Shown here piece by piece: positions 9,529 to 21,000 of a stretch of DNA of 64,000 nt. Source of the DNA: a virus; the IMG/VR virus record IMGVR_UViG_3300017917_002759, positions 1 to 64,000 of that record. One strand, written 5' to 3'. A program made the position numbers and the translations under genes. The notes under the pieces are model-generated. The model was not told the origin of the DNA and made no database searches. It saw only the letters and a list, made by a program, of their open reading frames with translations. The number at the start of each line of letters is the position of its first letter. The stretch's first letter is position 1.

Positions 9529-9774
9529 ATGAAACTTTTAGAATTCTTCTATTTTAACGATCAAAACAACGATTATACCGATGATAAACGGTATGACAGC
9601 AGTCGCGATTCTAATATCGTAGAAAAAGAAGATACAAGAAAAGTTAGACTAACACTAAAAGACATCAATATGCTTCGCAAACAAACAGAAGCACATCAAT
9701 TTGAGCAGGAGTCCGAACTAGAATTTGTAAGACAAATGTATGGACAACCACCTGCAGAACAAGCCGCAGCATAA
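9529..9774 (+). CDS. Small head-module protein, function unknown
   Basis: ORF directly after the portal, preceded by GATAAATA (9517-9524); DTRKVRLTL..IN.LRK motif. Confidence 0.65.
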   Translation: MKLLEFFYFNDQNNDYTDDKRYDSSRDSNIVEKEDTRKVRLTLKDINMLRKQTEAHQFEQESELEFVRQMYGQPPAEQAAA

Positions 9775-10363
9775 CAGAGCCTTTGTACTAGGTAATGGAC
9801 GTAGCAGATTACGTCTAAAATTAGATCAATTAAGACACTATGCTACAGTGTATGGCTGTAATGCCATATATCGAGAGTACGAGCCTGACTATCTAATCGC
9901 AGTAGATGAAAAGATGGTCAAAGAAATTGATCAAGCAAAATATCAATATAAAAACACAGTTTGGACTAATCCAAACAAAGGTGTGTTAAAAATCCCCTCA
10001 CTTAATTTTTTTAAACCCCACAAAGGCTGGAGTAGCGGGCCTACAGCTTTGTGGCTAGCAGCTTCGCATCAACCCAACGAAATTTATATCTTTGGATTTG
10101 ACTATGAAGGAATCGACCGGCGGGTGAATAATATCTATGCCGATACACCAAATTATAAAAAAAGCACAGATGTGGCTACATACTATGGTAACTGGTTAAA
10201 TCAAACAGAAAAAGTAATTAGGGATAATAAAAATATAAAATTTTATAGAGTTATTGAAATGATGAACTTTAAACCCCCAGCATTGACTCAAATAACCAGC
10301 AACTTTAGTCATATGACTTATGAGGATTTTGCTGAGAGATTTCCAGGAACGATATTTAAATGA
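9740..10363 (+). CDS. MptE/DUF115/Maf-like nucleotide-sugar transferase-fold protein
   Basis: FVLGNGRSR, VYGCNAIYR, PDYLIAVD, SSGPTAL.LA, IYIFGFD: the motif series of the DUF115 / sialyltransferase-like fold. Confidence 0.6.
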   Translation: MDNHLQNKPQHNRAFVLGNGRSRLRLKLDQLRHYATVYGCNAIYREYEPDYLIAVDEKMVKEIDQAKYQYKNTVWTNPNKGVLKIPSLNFFKPHKGWSSGPTALWLAASHQPNEIYIFGFDYEGIDRRVNNIYADTPNYKKSTDVATYYGNWLNQTEKVIRDNKNIKFYRVIEMMNFKPPALTQITSNFSHMTYEDFAERFPGTIFK

Positions 10364-10457
10364 TCAAAAACAATCAAAAAAGCGTCATTTAACCCCCTTT
10401 TTTAATCTACGCAGTAAATAAAAAAGACAGCTCATAACCATTTTGGAGGATAAAACC

Positions 10458-11285
10458 ATGGCAGATCAAAACAAGATTGCCGAGATGCTAGAGCATCTTG
10501 TCAATGACCAACAAGACAAAGCAGAAGAACTTTTCCACGAGTACATCGTAGAAAAATCACGTGAAATTTACGAAGAATTAATTGAAGCAGAAATCGAAGA
10601 AGAAACTTCTGAAGATGAAGAAGTTGATGAAGCTGCTGAAAAAGACGAAGATAACGAAGACGAAGATCTAGATGAAAATTTTGAAGATCTAGAAGTTATC
10701 GAAGCCGATGACGAAACAGACGATCTAGTTGCTGACGTAGAAGCCGACGACGAAGAAGGTGAAGAAGATGAAGAAGGCGACGAAGAAGGTGCCGAAGAAG
10801 ACGAATCTTTAGAAGATCGTGTTATGGATCTAGAAGATCACATGGCAGAACTAGAAGCAGAATTTGCTAAACTTCAAAGCGAAGAAGAAGGCGAGCCATT
10901 CCATGGCGGCGATGAAGAAATGAAAGACGAATTTGAATTAGGTGGTATGGATCAAATTGAAGATCTAGAAACCGTTCGTGAATATGTTGAAAAAGTTGCA
11001 CCAGCAAAAATGGGCGACAACGGCGCTAACGCTAAGAGCGTAGTTGCTGGCAAGAACGATATGGGTGGCACTACTGCTAACATCGCTAAAGGCGGTGAAA
11101 GCAATAGCGGTGGAACTAAAGGTGGTCTAGCAAATCCAAGTCCTAAAGAAGACAATGCAGGTAACATTAATGTTCCTGGTGGAAAAGCTGGTTCTGCATT
11201 TAGTAAGAAAGAGCCGGGTCACGGCGCAGAAAAGAAAGGCGCAGCCGAACAAGCTGACAACAAACAAAGTCTTTTCCGCAAGTGA
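10458..11285 (+). CDS. Highly acidic prohead core / internal scaffolding protein
   Basis: D/E-rich with many L/I-x-E sites; GGAGG SD before ATG 10458; lies between portal and protease; GTAAATA motif at ~10414. Confidence 0.7.
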   Translation: MADQNKIAEMLEHLVNDQQDKAEELFHEYIVEKSREIYEELIEAEIEEETSEDEEVDEAAEKDEDNEDEDLDENFEDLEVIEADDETDDLVADVEADDEEGEEDEEGDEEGAEEDESLEDRVMDLEDHMAELEAEFAKLQSEEEGEPFHGGDEEMKDEFELGGMDQIEDLETVREYVEKVAPAKMGDNGANAKSVVAGKNDMGGTTANIAKGGESNSGGTKGGLANPSPKEDNAGNINVPGGKAGSAFSKKEPGHGAEKKGAAEQADNKQSLFRK

Positions 11286-11299
11286 TTGGAGCGAACTAG

Positions 11300-11935
11300 G
11301 TGAAAAACTATCTAAGAGAAAATCTGAGTTTCGACCAAGCTGGTCTGGTCCTTGAAAGTACCGAAGACGATGGGGGTAAAAAGACTCTGCATTTAAATGG
11401 TATTTGCATCCAAGGAGATATCAGAAATGCTAATCAGAGAGTCTATCCGTCCTCTGAAATTAGTAGGGCTGTCAAAACTGTCAATGAACAGATTGCAGGC
11501 GGTTACTCAGTTCTTGGTGAAGTTGATCACCCTGCGGACTTACGTATAAACCTAGACCGTGTCAGTCACATGATGACAAAAATGTGGATGGACGGTCCTA
11601 ATGGTTATGGAAAGATGAAGATTCTACCAACTCCTATGGGAATGCTAATTCAAACCATGTTGGAGAGTGGAGTCAAACTAGGCGTATCGAGCAGAGGTTC
11701 GGGCAATGTAGCTGAAGACGGTAGTGGCAAAGTCAGTGACTTTGAAATCATTACTGTTGATATAGTTGCTCAACCATCAGCTCCAGGTGCTTACCCAACC
11801 CCAGTTTATGAACACTTGATGAATCAAACAGGTGGATACCAGGCATTTAATATAGCAAGGGAAGTTCAAGGCGATCCAAAGGCACAAAAATACATAGCAG
11901 AAAGTCTCAAGAAAATCATCTTGGGGCTCAAATAA
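11300..11935 (+). CDS. Prohead maturation protease (T4 gp21-like)
   Basis: RNANQRVYP, LGEVDHP, LDRVSH, GVSSRGSG, DIVAQPSAPGA. Confidence 0.95.
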   Translation: MKNYLRENLSFDQAGLVLESTEDDGGKKTLHLNGICIQGDIRNANQRVYPSSEISRAVKTVNEQIAGGYSVLGEVDHPADLRINLDRVSHMMTKMWMDGPNGYGKMKILPTPMGMLIQTMLESGVKLGVSSRGSGNVAEDGSGKVSDFEIITVDIVAQPSAPGAYPTPVYEHLMNQTGGYQAFNIAREVQGDPKAQKYIAESLKKIILGLK

Positions 11936-11950
11936 CAGTAGGAGAATCAC

Positions 11951-13045
11951 ATGCTAGATTTTGTAAAACAATTATTTGAAAATAATGTGATTTCCGAAGA
12001 AATGAAATCGGAAATTGAATCCGCTTGGCAAAGCAGAATTCAAGAAAACCGTGACCAAGTTACTGCAGAACTTCGTGAAGAATTTGCTCAGAAATATGAG
12101 CATGACAAGACTGCTATGGTTGAAGCCGTTGATAAAATGATCCAAGATCGTCTAAGCGCAGAGCTATCTGAGCTAGCAGAAGATCGTAATCAGCTTATCG
12201 AAGCTAAGGCCAAGTATGCTAAGAAAATGAAAGCTGATGCTAAGAAAATGGAAGAATTCGTTCTACGTAAATTAGCAACAGAACTATCAGAATTACACGA
12301 AGACCGCAAATCTGTAGCAGACAATTTTGCTAAACTAGAGAGCTTCATCGTAGGTGCTCTAGCCAAAGAAATCGCAGAATTCCACGCAGACAAGAAAGAC
12401 CTAGCTGAAACAAAAGTCAAACTTGTACGCGAAAGCAAAGCAAAATTTGAACAAGTTCGTAAGGACTTTATCGTTAAGTCATCTAAGATTGTAGAAGGCG
12501 TAGTTTCTAAAACTCTACGTACTGAAATGTCTCAGTTGAAAGAAGATATTGAAGCTGCTCGTAAGAATGATTTTGGTCGTAGAATTTTTGAAAGCTTCGC
12601 AAGCGAATACGCATCTAGCCACTTAAACGAGAAGAGTGAAACAGCTAAACTTTTAAAAGTTATTGCTGATAAAGAAGCTCAACTCGCAGAGGCTAAGACT
12701 GCCGTAGCTGAAAAAGCATCATTAGTTGAAAGCAAGGAAAAAGAAATCCGTATCGCACAAGATATGGCAGCTCGTAAAGAAGTCATGAGCGAATTACTTA
12801 ATCCGTTAGCTGGAGATAAAAAAGCAGTAATGTCAGAGTTGCTAGAATCTGTAGCAACAGACAAATTACGAGGAGCATACGACAAGTATTTGCCAGCTGT
12901 AATGGCCGGCGAGGCTCCAAAGAAGAAGGCATTGGTAGAAGGCAAAGAAGTCACAGGCAATAAAGAGGCAACTCATATCGGCAGCACTGAGGAAAAGGGC
13001 GCCGAAATTTTCACAATCCGCAAGCTCGCGGGACTTAAAGTTTAA
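11951..13045 (+). CDS. Prohead core scaffolding protein (T4 gp22-like)
   Basis: Coiled-coil, E/K-rich, between protease and major capsid; AGGAG SD. Confidence 0.85.
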   Translation: MLDFVKQLFENNVISEEMKSEIESAWQSRIQENRDQVTAELREEFAQKYEHDKTAMVEAVDKMIQDRLSAELSELAEDRNQLIEAKAKYAKKMKADAKKMEEFVLRKLATELSELHEDRKSVADNFAKLESFIVGALAKEIAEFHADKKDLAETKVKLVRESKAKFEQVRKDFIVKSSKIVEGVVSKTLRTEMSQLKEDIEAARKNDFGRRIFESFASEYASSHLNEKSETAKLLKVIADKEAQLAEAKTAVAEKASLVESKEKEIRIAQDMAARKEVMSELLNPLAGDKKAVMSELLESVATDKLRGAYDKYLPAVMAGEAPKKKALVEGKEVTGNKEATHIGSTEEKGAEIFTIRKLAGLKV

Positions 13046-13056
13046 GGAGAACTAAT

Positions 13057-14226
13057 ATGTCAGAACTACTCGAGTCACGCTGGCAGGAAACCAAAGAGGC
13101 ACTATTAGAAGGCCTTCAAGGAACTCGTCGTTCAGTAATGGCCACTACTCTTGAAAATACCCGCAAGTATTTGTCTGAGTCTGCCACTGCTGGTGCTACT
13201 TCTGCCGGTAACGTTGCAACCCTAAATCGTGTGATCCTTCCAGTGATCAGACGTGTGATGCCCACGGTCATCGCTAATGAACTAGTTGGCGTACAGCCAA
13301 TGACTGGTCCAGTTGGTCAGATCCATACCCTACGTGTTCGCTATGCTGATACATTCAGCGGCAGCACTGGCGGTTCTACAACAGCTGGTGAAGAGGCACT
13401 AAGCCCATTCAAGATCGCTGAAGGCTATTCTGGTGCATCGCCAGGTAAAGCTGCTGCTACAGCCGCTTTAGAAGGTGCTGCAGGTAACAAGATGAGCATT
13501 CAGATCCTCAAGCAAACAGTCGAAGCTAAGACACGTAAGTTGTCAGCTCGCTGGACATTTGAGGCTGCTCAAGATGCACAAGCTCAACAAGGCATTGACA
13601 TCGAAGCAGAAATCATGGCTGCTCTTGCACAAGAGATCACAGCTGAGATCGATCAAGAAGTTCTACGTAGCCTAGCTACACTAGCAGGATCTCAGAACCA
13701 AGTTGCTTATAACCAAGCAACTGTTTCTGGTACAGCCACATTCGTTGGTGACGAGCATGCAGCTCTAGCAGTTGCTATCAATCGTGTTGCTAACGTAATC
13801 GCTCAGCGCACACGTCGTGGTGCTGGTAACTGGGCAGTTGTTAGCCCAACAGCATTAACAATTCTTCAAAGTGCTACAACTTCTGCATTCGCAAGAACTA
13901 CAGAAGGCACATTCGAAGCACCTACAAACACCAAGTTTGTTGGTACATTGAACAACGCAATGAAGATCTATGTTAATACCTACGCTGAGAACGATACTGT
14001 TCTAGTTGGTTACAAAGGTTCTAGCGAATCTGATGCAGCAGCATTCTATTGCCCATACATTCCATTGATGAGCAGCGGTGTTGTTCTAGATCCAAGCACA
14101 TTTGAGCCAGTAGTTAGCTTCATGACCAGATATGGTTATGTTGAACTAACAAATACTGCTTCATCTCTTGGTAACGCAGCAGACTACCTAGGTACTGTTA
14201 CAATCAGTAACGCTTCATTTACCTAA
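13057..14226 (+). CDS. Major capsid protein (T4 gp23-like)
   Basis: VIRRVMP..IA.ELVGVQPMTGPVGQI..LR, VEAKTRKL.ARWT.E.AQD, EI.AEID.E, YCPYIPL, F.P...FMTRYG. Confidence 0.97.
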   Translation: MSELLESRWQETKEALLEGLQGTRRSVMATTLENTRKYLSESATAGATSAGNVATLNRVILPVIRRVMPTVIANELVGVQPMTGPVGQIHTLRVRYADTFSGSTGGSTTAGEEALSPFKIAEGYSGASPGKAAATAALEGAAGNKMSIQILKQTVEAKTRKLSARWTFEAAQDAQAQQGIDIEAEIMAALAQEITAEIDQEVLRSLATLAGSQNQVAYNQATVSGTATFVGDEHAALAVAINRVANVIAQRTRRGAGNWAVVSPTALTILQSATTSAFARTTEGTFEAPTNTKFVGTLNNAMKIYVNTYAENDTVLVGYKGSSESDAAAFYCPYIPLMSSGVVLDPSTFEPVVSFMTRYGYVELTNTASSLGNAADYLGTVTISNASFT

Positions 14227-14252
14227 TCAAAGGTCAAACGTTTTTACGTTTC

Positions 14253-14280
14253 AAAAAGGCTCTTCGGAGCCTTTTTGTTT
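14253..14280 (+). terminator. Rho-independent terminator after the major capsid gene (cUUCGg loop)
   Basis: AAAAAGGCTC-TTCG-GAGCCTTTTTGTTT. Confidence 0.9.
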
Positions 14281-14297
14281 GACTTAAATACCAGACT

Positions 14298-14567
14298 ATG
14301 AAAGTACAATCCGATAAAGATTTTTTAGAGTTAAGAAATCAATTTCATATTTGGCGAAAACGCTTTCCTATGTTTCGGCATGATGTTAATCAGATCGAAA
14401 ATATCATAGAAAATCACATACAACAATACAGCATAGCACTAGTCCATTATCGTCAAACTAAAAGTCGTTCCTGTTTAGAAAAAGCACAAAAAGAATTAGA
14501 CGAAATTAACAGAGTCGTCGCAACTGTAGAAAAGTTAGAACTGATGGCTATGCTCAGTAGAAGCTAA
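14298..14567 (+). CDS. Hypothetical helical protein
   Basis: 89-aa ORF; TAAATA ends 7 nt before the ATG. Confidence 0.6.
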   Translation: MKVQSDKDFLELRNQFHIWRKRFPMFRHDVNQIENIIENHIQQYSIALVHYRQTKSRSCLEKAQKELDEINRVVATVEKLELMAMLSRS

Positions 14568-14639
14568 ATAAAGTATCTAGAATGATTTATGCGGTACCCG
14601 CCGCGTAGGCCTAGAACGCTCATAATAAAGGAGAAAACA

Positions 14640-15074
14640 ATGGGACGTCCATTAAAGAAAGATGTACTTGGTACAAACGTTATTCGATCATTTGCAAGTA
14701 CGCAAGCAGGTATTAAACTTCAAGGTTTCTTTACCGCAGACAGCGGTCTTCAAACAGATTATCAAATTGTTAAACAGCGAGGCAAAAGTACTTTTGTAGT
14801 TATGCGCCAAGCCACAGACAATTTTACCGATTCAGAAAGCATTCCAGGAAGTATTACAGCAACGAACCTAAGAGTAGGTAAGTTAGTATCTGGCCAACCA
14901 GCAGCTAACGGAGAAATCCGTATGTTAGGTTATACCGATCCAGGTGTAGATGGCTCAGCTGTTGCTGTCGCTAAAATTACTAAACGTATTGCTACTGATT
15001 TCAGCGGCAATCGTTATACATGGTATCTAGATGACGATTCATCTACTGATGTTCTTGTATTAACAGCAGTCTAA
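14640..15074 (+). CDS. Virion structural protein (possibly head decoration)
   Basis: Start MGRPLKK after an AAGGAG SD, which is preferred to the track start at 14589; CTAAATA at ~14564; leader hairpin TATGCGG/CCGCGTA. Confidence 0.65.
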   Translation: MGRPLKKDVLGTNVIRSFASTQAGIKLQGFFTADSGLQTDYQIVKQRGKSTFVVMRQATDNFTDSESIPGSITATNLRVGKLVSGQPAANGEIRMLGYTDPGVDGSAVAVAKITKRIATDFSGNRYTWYLDDDSSTDVLVLTAV

Positions 15075-15088
15075 TTTGAGATTAACAA

Positions 15089-16627
15089 ATGAGTCAGGTA
15101 TTACAAACTAGTTGCGATTATAAAATCAAAACCCAAGCAGGCGGAACTATCACGCTCGATACAACACCTGCTGCCGGTAATAATGGTACTGTGAGAATTA
15201 CAGGAAACTTATTAGTCGAAGGTGAGCAATTAACTATTAATACCTCGGACTTGTTTGTTGAAGATAACATTATTAGATTAAACATCGGTGAAACAGGGGA
15301 TGGAGTAACCGAGGTATATTCTGGCATTGAAATTGACAGAGGGTTCATGCCAGATAGTTCTAGAAATCTTTTTGCTACATTTTGGTATAACGAAAGCACA
15401 GATTCTTGGGAAATTGCCGAACAATCCGGAGGTCCGTCACCGGTTGTTAAGTTTGATAATAGCACATTAAAATTAAAAAGAATCACAACCAATCCCACTA
15501 CAGACGAAGGTGATTTGACTTTGATAGGTAGTGGTACTGGAGTAGTTAAAGTTCTCGGTACTACTAATTATGAAAATCAAGTAACCAATGATGATGATAT
15601 TCCTAACAAAAGATATGTTGATCTAACAGTAAGAAACAGAGAACCAGCTAATAAGATACAGCGTGATAATACTTTTGTTATTGTACAAGATGTTAATGGC
15701 GGTGCTAGCGGTCGAGCAGTATTAGGTGTTCTTGAAGGAGTTATTAATCAAGGCGGTACTAACTACGAAGTAGGTGATCTATTATATCTAACTTCAGGTA
15801 CATATAGTTCTCCCGCAGTATGGGAAGTAACTGGAGTAAATGTATCTACAGGTGCTGTTGAAACTATAATACCTATCGATCAAGGTAATTACACAGAATT
15901 GTCTGTGACAAACACTAGCGCACCTACAACAACTAACAGCACTAACGGTGCCGGTGCAACACTAGATTTAGAGTGGGAAGTAAAAGCTGTTGAAATTTTA
16001 AGTGGCGGAAATGACTACGAATCTGCAGCGGTGTTTATCAGTTTTAACCCTTTAGCTTTAGAATCACAAGCTACTGCTACTGCGATTATTGACACTAATC
16101 CATTGTCTGACACTTTTAGACAGATTACAGGAATCACAGTTACCGCAGGCGGCGAATATTTTGCGATGCCTACTGTTACTTTTTCAGCAGGGTCGCCTAC
16201 AGCATTTACAGAAAGTCAAGTTACTGTAACAGTTGAAAATTCTACATCAGCAATTTTTTATCAAAATAGAGTTGAGATAGGCAGTTTAGAAATCATAGAC
16301 AATGCTATTGTCACTAAAGCTGGTAGATCAAATGATAATATCGTTTTAGATCCTAACGGTACTGGTAAGGTAGAAATTAATTACGGTCTTCAATTAAACA
16401 ATGCTAATTTTGCTTTAACCGCAGTATCTGGATCTAGTATTGTATTTGGTGATACGCCTAATGTAGGTGAAAGCGGAGTTTTTTATAATAACTCACAGCA
16501 AGAAACTAGATGGAACCAATGGGTTATCAGCAATTCAAATTATGATGCATCGAATCTAGCAGCATATCCTGCTAAAAATGAATTAATAAGTAAGAATAAA
16601 GCACTTGTAATGAGTATGTTATTCTAA
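15089..16627 (+). CDS. Virion structural / fibre-associated protein
   Basis: VEDNIIRLN.GE...GIEIDRG, DDIPNKRYVD and GG..Y...P.V repeats typical of myophage appendage proteins. Confidence 0.65.
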   Translation: MSQVLQTSCDYKIKTQAGGTITLDTTPAAGNNGTVRITGNLLVEGEQLTINTSDLFVEDNIIRLNIGETGDGVTEVYSGIEIDRGFMPDSSRNLFATFWYNESTDSWEIAEQSGGPSPVVKFDNSTLKLKRITTNPTTDEGDLTLIGSGTGVVKVLGTTNYENQVTNDDDIPNKRYVDLTVRNREPANKIQRDNTFVIVQDVNGGASGRAVLGVLEGVINQGGTNYEVGDLLYLTSGTYSSPAVWEVTGVNVSTGAVETIIPIDQGNYTELSVTNTSAPTTTNSTNGAGATLDLEWEVKAVEILSGGNDYESAAVFISFNPLALESQATATAIIDTNPLSDTFRQITGITVTAGGEYFAMPTVTFSAGSPTAFTESQVTVTVENSTSAIFYQNRVEIGSLEIIDNAIVTKAGRSNDNIVLDPNGTGKVEINYGLQLNNANFALTAVSGSSIVFGDTPNVGESGVFYNNSQQETRWNQWVISNSNYDASNLAAYPAKNELISKNKALVMSMLF

Positions 16628-16636
16628 GGAACAGAA

Positions 16637-16999
16637 ATGATTGATAATGCACTTTTAACAACCAGCGTAGCAACGATATTTACAGCACCAGGAACTCCTG
16701 GAGATCTAAACACTCAGAGTGCTATAACCACAATGATATTTTGTAATGTATTAAGCCCAGATCAAACAGCACCGATTGATGATACGACTAACGAAACATA
16801 TATCGACGTTTATATTGTAAAAAACGGTCAATCAGCTAGCGATTTAGTTAATGCCGTGGTTAAAAATTTAAGAGTACCGGCAGGAGAAACTGTATTTTTT
16901 GACACTGAAAGATTAGTATTATCTTCCGGCGACACTATCCAAGCAAAAGCATTAAACAATAATACAGTTGTAGCAACTATAAGCACATTGCCAGTATGA
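16637..16999 (+). CDS. Small beta-rich structural protein (similar to 26213-26542)
   Basis: AITTMIFCN...VPAGET....ERLVL..GD.I.A pattern. Confidence 0.6.
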   Translation: MIDNALLTTSVATIFTAPGTPGDLNTQSAITTMIFCNVLSPDQTAPIDDTTNETYIDVYIVKNGQSASDLVNAVVKNLRVPAGETVFFDTERLVLSSGDTIQAKALNNNTVVATISTLPV

Positions 17000-17985
17000 A
17001 GTATTTAAAAACAAAAAACATTTCTAAGTTTAGCGTAGCTGATAGAGGATTCATTATTGAACAACCTAGCGGAAAAATCACCACGAATTCTCAAAATAGT
17101 ATAAAAATACCAACAGGCGCATTAGAAAGAAGACCGGTGGTTCCTGATCAGGGAATGATTAGATTTACTACAAACGATGTTGCAAATCACGAAGACGTAA
17201 ATGTAGAAAATTATTTTCCTTCAAGACCGATTGGTATAGAAGCATATTTTGATGGTTCATGGAGACCTATTAGATTACAAGGTCCTTCAACAGTAACAAA
17301 ATATTATGCAGGTATGGGCAACTATGATGCTATCCTTCAACCTAACGAAGACCTAAGTAGATTTTTTCCAAGTAGCGGGGAACCTTTGCCTATAGTTCCA
17401 GAAAGTGCCGATAATATTATTGTGTTAGTAGAGAATGTATTTCAAATTTCCGGTGATAACTTTAATCTTATTGAAAGTTCGGGAGAAGTTGTAGCAGTAG
17501 AAATAACTAACGGTGGTTCAAATTATAACACTCCTGCAAATGTTACAGTTACTTTTGACGATCCATTTACTGGCGCTGCATGGGCTCCTAGTACATCGTT
17601 AAATTTAAGTGATTACATATATTATGTAAATGGTGGCGTTAAAAATTGGTACAGGGTTGTAACTCCAGGAACTACTAGTTCTTCTTCCGGACCAACCCAT
17701 ACTTCGGGATCCAGTTTAAACGGAAATGTACTTTTTGCTTATGTTGGTACTACCGCTAGAGGAAACGTTACTGTTATCGGCGGAGAAGTAACCGAAGTTA
17801 CTATTATAGATACAGGATCTGGCTATACTAGTGTTCCTGCGGTTTCTTTCAATGATACTAGTGGTTCGCCGGGCGCCGATGCAGCAGGTACAGCAGTTAT
17901 TACTAAATCAGGATGGCATATAGAGTTTTTATCAGCAGTTCCTGATACTAAAAAAGTTCATATTTACTACGGCTTCGATCAATAA
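16996..17985 (+). CDS. Structural protein with IP.G...RP...GMIRF module and a CBM-like insert
   Basis: IKIPTGALERRP...QGMIRF, IIVLVENVFQI, G.GYTSVP.V repeats; overlaps the upstream stop (ATGA). Confidence 0.6.
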   Translation: MKYLKTKNISKFSVADRGFIIEQPSGKITTNSQNSIKIPTGALERRPVVPDQGMIRFTTNDVANHEDVNVENYFPSRPIGIEAYFDGSWRPIRLQGPSTVTKYYAGMGNYDAILQPNEDLSRFFPSSGEPLPIVPESADNIIVLVENVFQISGDNFNLIESSGEVVAVEITNGGSNYNTPANVTVTFDDPFTGAAWAPSTSLNLSDYIYYVNGGVKNWYRVVTPGTTSSSSGPTHTSGSSLNGNVLFAYVGTTARGNVTVIGGEVTEVTIIDTGSGYTSVPAVSFNDTSGSPGADAAGTAVITKSGWHIEFLSAVPDTKKVHIYYGFDQ

Positions 17986-18025
17986 AATTAAAACTCCTTA
18001 GAGTAAATACTTGTAAGGAGCAATC

Positions 18026-21000
18026 ATGTCAGACATAGGTAGAATTTCAGGCGCAATGCTAAAGGCCAATCTCTTAAGAGGTGGCGTTGATCTTGTATTT
18101 GAAGATCGATTAGGTGATAATCTTTTATATCTCGATGTTAATTCTAGTAAAATTGGTATCAATACCGATGAAATTACTAGAGAATTGTTAGTAAATGACA
18201 CTATTAAAACAACTGATCTCTTAGTAGATGAATCTATTTTTATTCAAGATTTAAAATTTAACATTTCATCTATCGAAAGCACTAATAATCTAATTTTTCT
18301 ACCACAATCCGGAACAACTAATCTTACAGCTCTTTCCACTAGCGGAATAAAGATTGATAACAATGTTATCAGCACTTTAAATTCAAACGAAACTTTAGAG
18401 TTCCGACCTAACGGAACTGGAGAAATGATAATAAACTCTAATACTAAAGTTTATGCAGATTTACATTCTTCAGGAAATATTACACTTGACGGAAATATTA
18501 CTTTTGGTAACAACGATACTGATTCTGTAACTTTTGTTTCTGATATTGATAGTAATATTGTTCCGGATACAAACGAATTTTATAATTTAGGTTCAACATC
18601 GAAGAGATGGTTAAACACTTATACTGAACTAATTAATGGGCAATTATTAGAAACTTCTGGAATTTCAGTCAGCGGTGTTAATGATATTGCATTACGACAA
18701 GGAAAAATTTGGTATGTCGCAACAAATGGATTAGATTCAAACGTAGGTGATCATCAAAACGGGCCTTTTGCTACTGTTAGAAAAGCACTAAGCGAATCGA
18801 CAAACGGCGATACTGTTTTAATATATCCCGGAACATATGAAGAAACATTTCCTCTAACAGTACCTGCAGGTGTTACTGTTAGGGGTATGGGATTAAGGTC
18901 AGTAAAAATTATTCCAACGTCTTCAACTAACCATCTCGATGCGTTTTTATTAAACGGTGAAACGACTGTTAGCGATTTAACTGTTGCAGATTTTTTCTAT
19001 AATAATACAAACAACACAGGATATGCTTTTAAGTTTGACAATAATTTTACAGTAACGTCTAGAAGTCCATATGTACAAAATGTTTCAGTTATTACTAATA
19101 CTGAACTTCAAGAGTCAAGACAAATAACACCCGGACCCGGACCCACACTATTCGGTTATACTAGTGATAGTGTAAATGTAGATAAAACTTTTTATAGCCA
19201 AGTTCTGGTAGATTCTTTAATAGGCCAGGTCGCAGTAATTGACCGATATCCCAATCCCCCCTTATTTTACAATATAATATCAATCGAGACAGAACCGTTA
19301 AACTCGGGACTGTGGAGAATAACGTTTGACACAACATTTGATACTTCTGGGTACCTTAAGCCTATTAGTTTTTATTCAAGTATTGCATCAACTTTAATTA
19401 TTACAAACGATATCTGGGATACTTCCGGAAGCTCAATAGGTGAGAATTGGGTAGCATATTTTAAAACTAATTTACCAGCTAATTTTGAAACTACGGTTCA
19501 GCCAGGATGGATGATAAATGTTGCTGGTACATTGTACGAGGTTGATTATATTATTGAAGATCCTGTTAATTCTAACCAATGGAGAATATATGTTACTACT
19601 TCATTAGTTGGCGGAACAGGGATTCCAATATTTTCATCGCCGACTGCTAGCACTACATTATTAGCAGGTCGCGGAGCATACATAGACGGTAGCGTAGCGA
19701 CTACATCTAGCAAAGAAGCATCGATGCTATTTCATTCGGTAACTATGATAGTACCGGGCGCCGATGCTGTGGTAATGACCAACGGAGTTAGAGTTGAATG
19801 GCTAAACTCGTTTATCTACTATGCTAACAGGGGACTATATGCCATAAATGGTACATTAGGATTAGCTAGTCAAGGTGGTAGGTTTGGTGCTGAAATTAGA
19901 TCTATCGGCTCTGCTAACGTATATGGAACATTTGGTGCAGTAGCAGATGGAGCAAATACATTAATGTATTTGATCAATCATAATTTTGCCTATATAGGTT
20001 CTGGCTTAAGTTCAACTAATGATCCGTCGAATGTAATACCAGCTAATGAAACTGTAGAATTAAATTCTGGAAAAATTTATTATCAAAGCTTAGATCACAA
20101 AGGCACATATCGAGTTGGGGATGTTTTTACCGTTAATTTAGAAACAGGTGAAATCTCTATTGACGGCATTTCGACATCATTAGGAAATTTTTCCACATTA
20201 AATTTTGTTGATGAAGATTCAGAAATATTCATCGACGCAACTACTGTAGATGTTAATAATATAAGAATATCAGAAAATACAATGTCAAGCATATCGGGTG
20301 ATATTAATTTTCTTTCTCAATCAAGTGAAATTAATTTAACTCAAAATGTTAATATTAGTAAAAATTTAGATATCTCTAATGACTTTATTATTAAAGGACA
20401 ATTAACCGTTGGAAATCAAATAATCGATACTGTTAATTTCGTATCAAAATTAGATGAAGATCTTATTCCAAAATTTGATAATGCATATTTAATAGGATCA
20501 AACTCGTTAAAGTGGGATGCATTTAATATTCAAGATATTAGATTAGACAATTTAAAAATTTACGAAAATAGAATAAGGACATCAGATACCAATGCTGATT
20601 TAGAACTAACTGCGAACAGTTTGGGTAACATTAGAATTACTAACTCGTCTGCAGAATTTGATCAAGACTTAACAACCAACGGTCTTTCTCAATTTAATGA
20701 TGATATTAATATAATCGGTAATTTAGTTCATGTTGGAAGTGTTTTTCAAACAGGAAATGTGGAACGAACAGGAAATTATTTATTAAATGGAAATTTATTG
20801 TTATCGACTAATTTTAATTTTGAAAACATAAGATTTGTTGATAATAGAATATTCACTAATGTATCTAATTCAGATTTAGAATTAAAAGCCGCCGGAACAG
20901 GACTTTTAAATATTTTAAATGATAATGTGAGATTAGATCAAAATTTAACCGTAATTGATTTAACTTCTACCTCAAACATTACTAACTCTAATACAGTAAC

